DNA of 62,270 nucleotides, the filler included, from an uncultured bacterium (GTDB lineage: Bacteria; CAYJOG01): the NCBI GenBank assembly GCA_964371695.1. It is 7 parts of 7 records of this genome, joined end to end, with 100 filler letters (N's around TTAATTAATTAA, not from the genome) between each part and the next. Parts side by side here need not be neighbours in the genome. Positions count along the whole stretch, not along the records: positions 35,738 to 44,532 come from CAYJOG010000090.1; positions 44,633 to 53,415 come from CAYJOG010000091.1; 5 more parts are not named here. One strand, 5' to 3'. Shown here one piece after another: positions 38,321 through 48,515 of this stretch. Under the pieces are notes generated by a model. It was not told the DNA's origin, searched no databases, and saw only the letters and a program-made list of their open reading frames with translations. Position numbers and translations under genes: made by a program. Position 1 is the first letter of the stretch, and every line of letters starts with the position of its first letter.

Positions 38321-38851
38321 GTGGATGAAACCGCCGCCGCCACGGTCAACCCCGCCCACCCCGGTGGTGTTTCAAGCTCCTTTTCGCTCACCCAGGCCTT
38401 CAATGCGTCGGTCGAAGACGTGATTCTGGCCATGTGGCGGCGCTATGCACGGCTGGTGCGGGGCCTTCCCCGCGGCGAGGCCAAGCTGGACCCCGCGCCG
38501 GTGGACGGCATTCAGTGCCTCAACCTGCCACTGCGCCTCACGGATTGGCCCGCCGAAACACCGAACTGGGTGCGGGAGCAGTGGTCGGACTGGCGCGGCC
38601 ACCATTCCTGGGTCATGTCCGCCGGAGAAATGCTCTGGCGCTGGGTGGCCACCGAAGGCACCGGCGAAATCCGGGGCAGCACGCGTTACACACCGGGCCT
38701 GAAACCCCACACCACCCTGCGCCACCTCACCGCCACGCTGTTTCTTGAAAACGCCGACGCCGCGACGCCAGAGATGGTGCGCCGCGCCCTGCACGGCCAC
38801 TTTGAGCAGGAACACGCTGAGATTCGCAAAAACCTGATTGCAGACAAATAG
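38321..38851 (+). CDS. Hypothetical protein (possibly SRPBCC-like)
   Basis: 176-aa ORF in operon position; the fold guess is weak. Confidence 0.5.
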   Translation: MDETAAATVNPAHPGGVSSSFSLTQAFNASVEDVILAMWRRYARLVRGLPRGEAKLDPAPVDGIQCLNLPLRLTDWPAETPNWVREQWSDWRGHHSWVMSAGEMLWRWVATEGTGEIRGSTRYTPGLKPHTTLRHLTATLFLENADAATPEMVRRALHGHFEQEHAEIRKNLIADK

Positions 38852-38955
38852 TTCATTTTGAAGAAATTTAGGCACGCCGCAATTGTTCCCTCTCCCGTGC
38901 TTTGCATGGGAGAGGGAACGATGGCAGAGGACACAGACTTCAAGAAAATGAACCA
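38849..38955. mobile_element. ~107-bp MITE with an internal CCCTCTCCC hairpin (copy 2)
   Basis: TAGTTCATTTTGAAGAAATTT…AAAATGAAC, homologous to 20496-20603. Confidence 0.75.
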
Positions 38956-39033
38956 AAAATTTGTTGTAACCAGGCCCGTAAACCCATTTTTCGTATTGCG
39001 ATGACCACAGGGGAATCCAGATTCCCCACAAGA

Positions 39034-40713
39034 CTACCGCGCCAGACTCAACACCAGTGTGCGCACGGCGCTGGCAGCCTGGGCGGCGGCGCTTTGAGAG
39101 GCCTGGGCCAGCAGGGCGTTTTCTTCCTGAAACAGCAAAAACCCGGCGCTGGTTTGCCGCCCGGCGATGTTGCTGCGGGTGTGAATCTGCCGGTTGTGGC
39201 GGTCTACCACCACAATGTCCAGCACCACTTCGGCGGTGGTGGTCTGGGTTTCACGCAGGCCCATGAGCACCGATTTGGTGCCGCTGCTGAGGCCATAACG
39301 GCTGAGCGTGGGGGTGAGCACCAGGTCCACTTCCCGGTCCATCGCCGGGTTGGGGACACCCTCGGCCAGCTCCACGTCCAGAATACCCAGGCCGTTCAGT
39401 GCTGACAGCAGCTTGGCGGTGATGTCCTCGGCGGCTTCGATACCCAGGGTTTTGCCCCGCAGTCCCTGCACGGCATAAAGCCGGGCCTTGAGCACATCCA
39501 GTGGCATGTCCTGTGTGGCAAAACCGTGAGAGGGCGCGCGGACAGCCCCCCTGCCCTTTTCCCGCGCCGACTCGCGCCCAGCCGGTGCGGTGGCGGCAGC
39601 CTCGGCGGGTTCGGGCGCGGCCTCAGCCCCCTGGCCCTCTTCTGACCCCTTTGATTTTTTGTTTTTCCGGGGCAAATCGCCGGTGCGAATATGACCCCGC
39701 ATGCGGGCGCGCTCGGCGTTGGAAACAGGGTTGAGCACCGTTTCCTCTTCTTCTGGCGCAGCGGCCATTTCTTCTTCTGGTTCGGCGGTTGTTTCGGCTA
39801 CAACGGGAGCTTCTGCGGCTGGGGCCGGGGGCGTGCTGGCCGTTTCCGGCTCAGGGATTGAAGCCTTCTCCAGCGCCAGCAGGGTTTCGGCCAGGGCCTG
39901 TTCGCTCACATCCTGGGCGGCCACCGGCCCTGTGCTGGGGACAGCGGGGGCTGTGGACTGATCACTCACCGCCGCCTCTACCTGTCCTTTGGCTTTCTCC
40001 AGCAGATAGGCCAGATTTTTGCGAATGACCTCGTTGCCGGGGTCCAGTTCCAGGGTTTTTTCAAGCTCTTTGACAGCTTTTTCGTAGTCGCCCATTTTGT
40101 AATAGGCGTGGGCCAGATTGTTGTGGATGGCCGCCGAGCCGGGGTCTATGGAAAGGGCCTTTTCATAGGTTTCGGCGCTGGCTTTGTATTCTCCCGTTTT
40201 GGTGAGCACCTGGGCGAGACTTTCATATCCCAGCAGGTAATTCACGTTGATGAGCACCGACTTGCGGTATTCCTCTTTGGCTTCGTTCAACAGGCCCATC
40301 ATTTCCAGCACGTGACCCAGGTTGAGGTGGGCCTGGGGATGATTGGGGTCGATGGTGAGGGCCTGCTGGTGCTCTTTTTTGGCTTTGTCCAGGTCACCCA
40401 GGGCCTCATGCACCAGCCCCAGGTTGGTGTGGGCGGTGGCGTTTTTGGGGGCGATGGCGATGGCCGCCTGATAATGCTCCCTGGCCTCTGAAAACCGCTG
40501 CTGAAGCATGAGCAGGTCGCCAAAGTCCATGCGCAGCACCGGATTGTTCTTGTCCTCGGAAACTGCCTTTTTATAAAGGGCCTCGGCCTGGGTCAGGTCG
40601 CCTTTTTTATGTTCCTCCAGGGCCTTTTCGTGCAGGCTCTGGGCCAACACCACGCCCGCCCACAGCCCCAGGCTCACCACCATGACACACACGCGAAAAA
40701 ATAACCGCATCAC
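39034..40713 (-). CDS. Exported TPR-repeat protein with an acidic linker and C-terminal domain
   Basis: Signal peptide and about six TPR repeats (AH.NLG…A….AL.IDP). Confidence 0.88.
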   Translation of the reverse strand: MMRLFFRVCVMVVSLGLWAGVVLAQSLHEKALEEHKKGDLTQAEALYKKAVSEDKNNPVLRMDFGDLLMLQQRFSEAREHYQAAIAIAPKNATAHTNLGLVHEALGDLDKAKKEHQQALTIDPNHPQAHLNLGHVLEMMGLLNEAKEEYRKSVLINVNYLLGYESLAQVLTKTGEYKASAETYEKALSIDPGSAAIHNNLAHAYYKMGDYEKAVKELEKTLELDPGNEVIRKNLAYLLEKAKGQVEAAVSDQSTAPAVPSTGPVAAQDVSEQALAETLLALEKASIPEPETASTPPAPAAEAPVVAETTAEPEEEMAAAPEEEETVLNPVSNAERARMRGHIRTGDLPRKNKKSKGSEEGQGAEAAPEPAEAAATAPAGRESAREKGRGAVRAPSHGFATQDMPLDVLKARLYAVQGLRGKTLGIEAAEDITAKLLSALNGLGILDVELAEGVPNPAMDREVDLVLTPTLSRYGLSSGTKSVLMGLRETQTTTAEVVLDIVVVDRHNRQIHTRSNIAGRQTSAGFLLFQEENALLAQASQSAAAQAASAVRTLVLSLAR

Positions 40714-41003
40714 CGTTACCGCCTATTCCCTGAATCCTGAAACGATAGTGGAGAAGAAAACCCGGAGGCGCAGAACCAGGAAGCCAGAGGCCAAGGATGG
40801 CCGTTTCCGCCGCCGGTCCAGCGTGGCCGGGGTTGAAAAGCCAATGAACCTCTCCGGGGAAACACACCAACCTGCTGAAAAATTTTGGGGTCGGGCTGGG
40901 CCGTGCGGCGCTGTTTGCGAGGTTGCACGGAGGCAACCGGCAAACCAGTCAAAAAGCCGGGCAGGCGATTATCCGTAAGGTGGGTTCGTTTCATCTGTAT
41001 TTT

Positions 41004-42125
41004 TTAAGCTGAAGTTTTGGGAAGACCGGCCAAGCGGGCCAATTGTAGGGCCATCTGAACCGGCGACAAAACCTGCTCGGCCAAGCCTTCTTCGGCCACC
41101 ACGCGGGGCATACCATAAACCACGCAGCTTTCCTTGGACTGCGCCCACACCTTGCCCCCCGCCGAAACAATGGCCTGTGCGCCTTCCAGGCCGTCCCGCC
41201 CCATGCCGGTGAACACCAGCCCCAGGGATTTGTCCTTGAGCACACGGGCGGCGCTTTCAAACAGCAGATCCACGCTGGGGCAAGCTGGTTTGGGCGCGTG
41301 GGTCACCGGCAGCACCATCACGACAGGGGTTTTCTGACTGCCACCAATCAGCAGGTGGTGGTTTTCAACGGGCAGATACACGGTGCCCGCCTGAATAGGC
41401 AGTTCGCGATCCACCAGTTCCACATGAAATCCCACGCGCTCGCGCAGACGGGTGACCAGGGCCTCCATGAAGCCCGCCAGCATGTGCTGGGCCACCACCA
41501 GACCACAGCCCACCGGCCCCTGCAGGTGCGAGAGAAACTCCAACAGCGCACCCGGCCCGCCGGTGGAAAGCCCCAGAGACACCACGGGCAAGTCCTTGTT
41601 GAGGGTGCGCTGGCGCTGCACGGGGGGCGGCGGAACCTCGGCGGCCTGATGCGACGCCGGACTCAGGATGGGCAGCCCCACGCCACTGGCGGCGGCCTGG
41701 GAACACAGCTCCACCAGTTCGGCGGTGCGGGACTGAAACTCCTTGAGGGTGCTGGGCCGCTCGAAACAGAACACCGGCCCAAGCTCCATGGCGCGGATCA
41801 CCCGCTCGGCCTCAAGCCGCTTGGGCGGGATGATGAGCAGCACCGGCGTGGGGCGAATCTGGGTGACTTTTTCGATCAGGTCCAGCGCGTTCATGCGGCG
41901 GGCCTGGAGATCCACAATCACCAGATGGGGGCGAAAGTGCTTGAGCTGCACCTCCACGTTTTCAGCGCTTTTCAGACTCCCCAGCACCTTCATGTCCGGG
42001 TGTTTTTCCAGCACGGGGCTGAACAGCTCCATGCCCGTCGTCTGGTCGTCAAACAACACAATGCGCCAAGGCGGCCCAGGGGCCACCAGGGTCTTGAGCG
42101 ACGGCGCTGCGGGAGACTCTTTCAT
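41004..42125 (-). CDS. cheB: Chemotaxis methylesterase CheB with an atypical receiver domain
   Basis: [21 protein letters not shown] and VVYGMP motifs. Confidence 0.9.
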   Translation of the reverse strand: MKESPAAPSLKTLVAPGPPWRIVLFDDQTTGMELFSPVLEKHPDMKVLGSLKSAENVEVQLKHFRPHLVIVDLQARRMNALDLIEKVTQIRPTPVLLIIPPKRLEAERVIRAMELGPVFCFERPSTLKEFQSRTAELVELCSQAAASGVGLPILSPASHQAAEVPPPPVQRQRTLNKDLPVVSLGLSTGGPGALLEFLSHLQGPVGCGLVVAQHMLAGFMEALVTRLRERVGFHVELVDRELPIQAGTVYLPVENHHLLIGGSQKTPVVMVLPVTHAPKPACPSVDLLFESAARVLKDKSLGLVFTGMGRDGLEGAQAIVSAGGKVWAQSKESCVVYGMPRVVAEEGLAEQVLSPVQMALQLARLAGLPKTSA

Positions 42126-44532
42126 GTCTCCTCCACGGGCCGCAGGCCGTGTTCCGGGGTGGCCTCTGGCAATGCAGCGGGGGCGGTTTCCAGTCGAAAA
42201 TCCACCAGAATGTCCAGCAACTGCTGCACGGTGGTGGTGAGCACGCGGGCATCGGCATGCACCGTGCGGGCCACGCCCAGGCCGTCTTTTTCGGCGTTGG
42301 CCAGCATGCCCAGGTCTTCCAGCAACTGCCGGTGACGCGACAGGTCTGCGCTCACGCGCCCCGCCAGCCTCCGGGTTTCTTCCACCACGTGTTCACCGGA
42401 TCCCAGCAGGTCTTTGTGTTTTTCCACCTGCTGGCGCGAGAGGTGATTGATTTCGCTGCCCGCCCTGGCTGCCCCCTGCAGGTGGCGCATCAAAAGACCA
42501 CACACCTGGCGGTGATCCACCAGCCGCCGGTGCAGGCCCTCGGCTTTTTCGCGGTGATGCAGCATCAACTGGGTGAGATGCCGTGAGGCCTCTTCCTGCC
42601 CGGTGGAGCCCTGCTTGAGGTGCTGGGCGATATCCCGCAGGGTCACGATGGCCTCCACCATGCGCCGTGCGCCCTGGTCCTGCTCCTGCATGCTGGTGCG
42701 GATCACCTGGCTGGCCTGGGTCAGGCGGTCCACCACCTGTTTCACCTTGTCGCTGCGCTTGGCCTGATCCTGCGTGTCAGTGTTGATTTCCGTCATCAGG
42801 CGCGTGGCGTGGCGCACTTTTTCCACAATGGTCACCATTTTCTTGCCCGCGTTGTCGGTCAGGTTCACGCCTTCTTCCACCTGACGTCCCCACTCCACCA
42901 TGTGCTGCACCACCTTTTCGGTTTCCTGCTGCACCTCCATGATGTGGCCTTCGATCTCTTTGGCGCTCAGGCTGCTCTGCTCGGCCAGTTCGCGCACCTT
43001 GTCCGCCACCACCGCAAAACCCTTGCCCTCTTCACCGGCGCGGGCGGCCTCAATGGCGGCGTTGAGCGCCAGCAGATTGGTCTGCTCGGCCAGACCCGTG
43101 ATGGTGCTCACCACGTTGGTGATTTCCTGGCTGGAACTGCCCAGGTCTTTGATCTGCTTGGCGGTGCCCTGCACCATGGTTTTGATTTCCCGCATTTTTT
43201 CGATGGCCTGCTCCATGATCTGATGGCCGTCGTTGGCGGTTTTGGAGACTTCGCGGCTGAAACTGGTGGCTTCGCGGATGCTGCCGTCCACTGACTTGAT
43301 GCTGACCAAAAGCGCTTCAATCTGGCGGAAGGCGATGTCCATGTTCGAATCCATGGACCGGATATTTTCCATCACCTGCTGGTTGCCGGTCATCATTTCT
43401 TCCACCACCGCGCCGGTTTCATCCACGGCGCTGGAAATGTGGCCGCTCTGCTCGCCCAGTTCCAGGATAGACCCCAGCATGCCTTCGGCGCTGGTCAGGC
43501 CGTCTTGCATGCCGTCGCGCACCCGCTGGATTTCACCGAACACCTGATCGGTGTGGCGGCCCAGTCCCTCGGCGCTCTGCGTGGCGCTGCCCAGCGCCTG
43601 GGCCAGTTCCCTGGACTGCTCCTGAAGATTTTGCGAGGCCAGTTGCATGTCCGAAAAACGCCCCACCACTTCCACGGCATAGTGTTGGGCGTCGTTCGCG
43701 CCACCCGCAAAATCCTCGGACAGGGCCAGGTTGTCGCGCAGGCGGTTCTGGATCGCGTCCAGGCTGCGGGCGCCTTCGGTTTTCAGGTCCACCAGCGAGC
43801 GGCAGTGGTTGTCCAGGCGGGCGGCGATCTGCCCGGCGTCTGCCCCGTGGCTCTGGATGGCCAGAAAGATGTTGCGCACCGTGTGGCCCAACCCCTGCAC
43901 GGCCCTGGCAATCTTGCCCAGTTCGTCGGCCCCGCCCATCTGGTTTTTGTCCAGCAGTTCCGCCGAAAGATCGCCTTTTTCGAGGCGCTGGGTGTAGCGC
44001 AGAATGTTGCTCACCGGTGTCCACACCTGCACCTTGAAAGACCGGGTGACCACCACAATCGAGAGCGCCCCGAACACGCCAAACAGACCCAACACCATCA
44101 GCAGCAGCGACTCCCGCTGGCTGAGGGCCAGGCGCTGCTGACTGCGGTATTCCGTGAGGGCTTCCTCGGCCTGATCCAGTTGATGCTGCAACTGGCCGCT
44201 GTTCTTGACCAGAGACTGATAAGCGTCGTCCTGCGGGGTGACGCCGCCCTCCTTGAACTTGTCAGCAAAAATGCGCAGCGACGACTGGGCGCGGCGTGCG
44301 CCGCTTTTCAGGCGCTCGCGGGTGGCGGGGGTGAACTCGCTGGCCCCATCCAGTGGCTCCAGGTTCAGGTTCAAAAGCAGGGCCTGCTCTACCACCGCAC
44401 CGTCGTTTTCCACCATGGCCTGACGCGCCAGCACGAGCGCCCCCTGGTTGGCGCGGGACACCTGCGACAGCGCCGTCTCCGCCCGGTGGCGGAAACCTTC
44501 ATAAAGGATTTCCCGTGCATCCCGGGTGGGGA
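42122..44532 (-). CDS. Methyl-accepting chemotaxis protein (5' truncated)
   Basis: TM helix, HAMP and [28 protein letters not shown] motif. Confidence 0.93.
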
Positions 44533-44632
44533 NNNNNNNNNNNNNNNNNNNNNNNNNNNNNNNNNNNNNNNNNNNNTTAATTAATTAANNNNNNNNNNNN
44601 NNNNNNNNNNNNNNNNNNNNNNNNNNNNNNNN
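44533..44632. other. Artificial contig linker
   Basis: N-run, TTAATTAATTAA, N-run. Confidence 0.99.
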
Positions 44633-45411
44633 GCGGCCTGGACGGCGCGGGCTTGACCAGCGCGGCGCTTACCAGTCTGGAGCGGGGTTTCATGCTGCTG
44701 GAGTTCCCCTATCTGTTCAAGGACTTCGGCGAAGCCCATTACGTCATGGACAAAGCCATTTATCCCGAACTCTCACAGCGCCTGAAAAGCCGCAACCTGC
44801 ACACCGTGGATTTCATGGAAAACGGCTTTATGCAGCTCATCACCAAAGGCCCGGTGAACAAGGTGGAGGATCTGCGCAAGCTCAAAATAGGCAGTTGGGA
44901 AAGCCCCGTGCAGATGACTTTCTGGAAAAACCTGGGGGCCAGCGCCCGCGCCCTGGCCGTGACCGAGGTGCCCAGCGCCTATGCCACGGGTCTGGTCAAC
45001 GCCGGAGCCAACGGCTTCAGCGCCGCAGCTTCGTTTGACTTCGTGCTGGGCAGCGCCGTGAAGCGCCCCACCATCTATATCACCCACACCGATCACCTCT
45101 TTCAGGCCGGTGTGCTGGTGTTTTCCAATGGCAGCCTCAACCGTGTGCCCAAAAACCAGCAGGCCATTTTGCTCTCAGAGCTGAAATCCATGGCCCAGGT
45201 GATTCGCCAGCAGGTGCCCAAAGACGAAGCAGCCGCCGTGACCAAACTTAAACGCCTGAAATACAACGTGGTGGAGCCGCCGGCGCTTTTGGTAAAGCAA
45301 CTCAGGGCGGCAGGGGCCAAAACCACCCGCGAACTGGCCCCCAAGGTGGGGAAGGGGTTCTATCAGAAAGTGCTCAAAACCCAGGTGGATTACCGGAAAA
45401 AGCACAAATAG
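44633..45411 (+). CDS. TRAP transporter substrate-binding protein, DctP-like (5' truncated)
   Basis: LEFPYLF, ENGF, DL..LKI, LGA……EV..A..TG and T.H patterns. Confidence 0.8.
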
Positions 45412-45430
45412 TAAGAAAAAAACCAGTTTT

Positions 45431-45490
45431 GGTGGGGCAGGCGTCTCGCCTGCCTTTTATATGAACGCAGGCAGGATGCCTGCGCCACCA
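45431..45490. repeat. Inverted REP pair
   Basis: GGTGGGGCAGGCGTCTCGCCTGCC … GCAGGCAGGATGCCTGCGCCACC. Confidence 0.75.
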
Positions 45491-45518
45491 GTTTCAAGTC
45501 GGAAGGATCACTAACCAC

Positions 45519-45546
45519 AAAAAAACGGGCCTATTGGCCCGTTTTT
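45519..45546. terminator. Bidirectional intrinsic terminator
   Basis: AAAAAAA-CGGGCC-TATT-GGCCCG-TTTTT between convergent genes. Confidence 0.8.
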
Positions 45547-45572
45547 GGGTGTTGCCTGTTCAAGAGAAGGGC

Positions 45573-45761
45573 TTACGCGCTGATCGCCATCTGGGGCAGG
45601 GCGGGCGCTGGGCCATAGGTGGCCACCTTTTCCTGCTGGGCAATCCAGGCGCTCAGCTCTTCGGGGGTGGGTTGGGTGCTTTTGGCGAAGGTGTACTGGC
45701 GGCCCACGTTGCAGAACATGGCGATAACCCCTTCGGCAAAGCTGTTGGTGATGGTTTTCAT
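45573..45761 (-). CDS. Small 62-aa hypothetical protein
   Basis: Strong RBS (GAAAGGAGAACACC-ATG), host-like codon usage and a downstream terminator. Confidence 0.65.
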   Translation of the reverse strand: MKTITNSFAEGVIAMFCNVGRQYTFAKSTQPTPEELSAWIAQQEKVATYGPAPALPQMAISA

Positions 45762-45959
45762 GGTGTTCTCCTTTCGTGTGACAATCATTCTGTCACACGC
45801 GCATTGTATTACTTATGACTGGCATGTCAATCAATTTGTTTGGTTTTTTTTTCTGCACCGAATGGGGTGTTCCATTGGGTTGTAAAATGCCTTTCTGGCG
45901 ATAAAAAGGCCTGAAAAAAGCCGTTTTTTTGAGAATTCGCCCAGCAAGGACACCCAACC

Positions 45960-46916
45960 ATGGCCAAAACCCCCAAAAAACTCCTGTTTGTTGCAGACCC
46001 GCTGCCCAGCCTGAAGCCCAATACCGACAGCACCGTGGAGCTGATGCGGGCTGCCTGCGCCGGGGGCTGGCAGGTGTGGGCGGCTTCTTATAACGATCTG
46101 GAACTGCGTCAGGGACACGCCGTGGCCTGGGCTGTGCCGGTGCGGGTGACCGGGCGGCTGGGGGCAGCCCGCCTGAACTGGGGGGAGCGGCAGGTGTTTG
46201 AGGCGGCCCAGGCCCAGGCGGTGTTTCTGCGCAAAGACCCGCCGGTGAACCCCGACTATCTTTATGGTCTTTATTGGGCCGGGCTTTTGCCCGCCAGCGT
46301 CAAGATCATCAACCGGCCAGAGGCCATCGCCGCCAACAACGAAAAGGTGCTGGCCGTGAAATTCGCCCGGTTCATGCCCCCCACAGTCATGACCTGCGAC
46401 GTGCCCCACCTGCTCACCGTGCTGGCGGAAATGGGGGGTCGCATGGTGGTGAAACCCCTGGACGGCTACGCCGGGCGGGGGGTGGTGCTGGTAGAGCAGT
46501 CCAACCCCACCCACCAGAGCATTCTGGAGAATCTGACCCAGTTTGGCAGCGTGCCGGTGGTGGCCCAGGCGTTTTTGCCGGAAATCAAAAAAGGCGACCT
46601 GCGGGTGTTGTTGTGGCGGGGGCGCGTGCTGGGCGTCATCAGCCGGGTGCCCAAAAAGGGGGATATCCGCAGCAACATGGCCATGGGGGGTACCCCCGTG
46701 CCCGCCAGGGTGCCCAGGCCCATTCAGGCCATCTGCGACGAAATCGGCCCGGAACTGAACCGCCAGGGGCTGCACTTTTTGGGCCTGGACTTCATTGGGC
46801 GCTACCTCACCGAAATCAACTTCACCAGCCCCACGGGCTTGGTGAGCGCCAGCCAGTTTGCGGTGCAGGAGCTGGCCCGGCCCATGCTGGGCGAACTGGC
46901 CGAGGCCATTTTATAA
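45960..46916 (+). CDS. gshB: Glutathione synthetase
   Basis: DST..LM, RKDPP, N.NEK, KPLDG..G.GV, GD.RV, RSN.A.GG and EIN.TSPTG motifs. Confidence 0.93.
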   Translation: MAKTPKKLLFVADPLPSLKPNTDSTVELMRAACAGGWQVWAASYNDLELRQGHAVAWAVPVRVTGRLGAARLNWGERQVFEAAQAQAVFLRKDPPVNPDYLYGLYWAGLLPASVKIINRPEAIAANNEKVLAVKFARFMPPTVMTCDVPHLLTVLAEMGGRMVVKPLDGYAGRGVVLVEQSNPTHQSILENLTQFGSVPVVAQAFLPEIKKGDLRVLLWRGRVLGVISRVPKKGDIRSNMAMGGTPVPARVPRPIQAICDEIGPELNRQGLHFLGLDFIGRYLTEINFTSPTGLVSASQFAVQELARPMLGELAEAIL

Positions 46917-46978
46917 GGCAAAAATCCGAGGGCTTTATATATCCAGGCCAGGTTTCTGCTTTGTGACAATTTTTTCAC

Positions 46979-47005
46979 TTAAGTATTTCCAGGGAGGCCC
47001 GATAC
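46979..47005 (+). promoter_or_regulatory. Putative sigma-28 (FliA/SigD) promoter
   Basis: TTAA-N15-CCCGATAC, against consensus TAAA-N15-GCCGATAA, 36 bp upstream of the flagellin gene. Confidence 0.6.
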
Positions 47006-47041
47006 AGGACAAGAGAAGCAAAAAAGCTGGCCCTTGCCCCC

Positions 47042-47983
47042 ATGTCCATCATCAACACCAACATCAATGCGCTCACAGGTTTATCCAACCTGCGCAAGAC
47101 CAATCTGGGCATCAAAAATTCTCTTGAGAAGCTTTCCAGCGGTTACCGCATCAACAAGGCAGCGGATGATCCGTCGGGTCTGGCCATTTCTCTTGGCATG
47201 AAGGGCCAAGTGGGTGGCATGGACATGGCCATCCAGAACGCAGAAGACGGCATCAACATGATCCAGACTGCCGATGGCGCGCTGGAAGAAAGCCGCCAGA
47301 TTGCCCAGCGCATGCGCGACATTGCCGTGCGGGGGGCCAACCAGTCCACCCTCAGCACCTCCGACCAGCAGAAACTTTACGAAGAGTTCATGTCCCTGGC
47401 CGCCGAACTGGTGCGCAAAAACGATGCGGTTACCTTCAACACCAAGAACATTCTGAACAACCCGGAATTTGACCCCAACGACCCCACGTTCACCACCGCC
47501 CCGGTGCTGCAGGTGGGGGCCGACAACGGTGGCGAGTTCCGCATGGGCGTCACCATTCGCAGCCTCACCTATTTCTCCGGCAGCTTCAACGCCGGCACAC
47601 TCACAATGGACTCGTTCGTGACCATCGTGGGCACGGATTACACCCCCAACGACGGCGCGGGTCTTGCGTTTCCGCTGCTCAACCCGCCGCCAGACATTTC
47701 CAGCGGTTTTCAGGGCCTGATTGACTTCACCGATGAGTTGATTTCAGAGGTTGGCCGCATCCGGGCCGAACTGGGTGTGCGCCAGCGGCGTCTGGTGAAC
47801 ATCATCAACGACCTCACTGTGCAGGACATCAACATCAGCGCGTCCAAAAGTCGCATTCTCGACGCCAACATGTCCACCGAAATCACCGAATTCACCAAGC
47901 TCCAGATTCTCCAGCAGTCCGGCACGGCCATCCTGGCGCAGGCCAACGCCCAGCCCCAGAGCGTGCTGCAACTGTTGCAGTAA
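47042..47983 (+). CDS. fliC: Flagellin
   Basis: INTN..AL, LSSGYRINKAADDP.GLAIS, LQVGA, S.SRI.DA and ILAQAN..PQSVLQLL motifs. Confidence 0.97.
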   Translation: MSIINTNINALTGLSNLRKTNLGIKNSLEKLSSGYRINKAADDPSGLAISLGMKGQVGGMDMAIQNAEDGINMIQTADGALEESRQIAQRMRDIAVRGANQSTLSTSDQQKLYEEFMSLAAELVRKNDAVTFNTKNILNNPEFDPNDPTFTTAPVLQVGADNGGEFRMGVTIRSLTYFSGSFNAGTLTMDSFVTIVGTDYTPNDGAGLAFPLLNPPPDISSGFQGLIDFTDELISEVGRIRAELGVRQRRLVNIINDLTVQDINISASKSRILDANMSTEITEFTKLQILQQSGTAILAQANAQPQSVLQLLQ

Positions 47984-48019
47984 CCATCTTTTGCTCTTTG
48001 GTGGCGCAGGCATCTTGCC

Positions 48020-48463
48020 CATAGCTGCTGACTTTTGGCATGAAATCAGGGTTTTAAGCATTTTACAGGAGTAGGCGCGGTGTCCATTGCTGTTAGCCTT
48101 ACGAGAGTAGCGGCGACGCCCCCGTCGCCGTGAACGGCAAAAACGCCTGATTTTGCTTTGATTGTTGCGCGACGGGGGCGTCGCGCCCATTGCTGTTAGG
48201 TTTGTGAGAAACGTCCCGGATTATCGGGGGTTTTTTGAGGTAGCCCCGGCGTCTCGCCGGGAGTGTCAACCGCGCCAAAGGCGCACACCATTCAGATTCC
48301 TCTTCGTATTTCCCTGAAAAACCCCTGTTTGGTGACGCCTTCGGCGTTTTTTTACTCCCGGCGGGACGCCGGGGCTACCAATAAAACTAACAGCAATGGG
48401 CGTCGCGCCTACTCATGTAAAGTGTGCAAAACTTTGGTTTCTTATCAAAAGTTAGCAGCGATG
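48020..48463. mobile_element. Outer non-autonomous element with 60-bp imperfect inverted repeats, containing nested elements
   Basis: 48020-48079 matches the reverse complement of 48404-48463 at about 47/60 positions by hand count; ends CAT(A/C)GCTGCT(G/A)ACTTTT; left flank GGCATCTTGCC. Confidence 0.7.
48188..48398. mobile_element. ~211-bp MITE (copy 2) inserted into a REP, with a perfect 11-bp target duplication
   Basis: Perfect TIR CATTGCTGTTAG / CTAACAGCAATG; GGCGTCGCGCC at 48177-48187 and 48399-48409. Confidence 0.9.
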
Positions 48464-48515
48464 GAACCGCCCCTGTCAAGCCCCTTGGGCGGTTGACGCC
48501 AGCCAATAGAAATCA

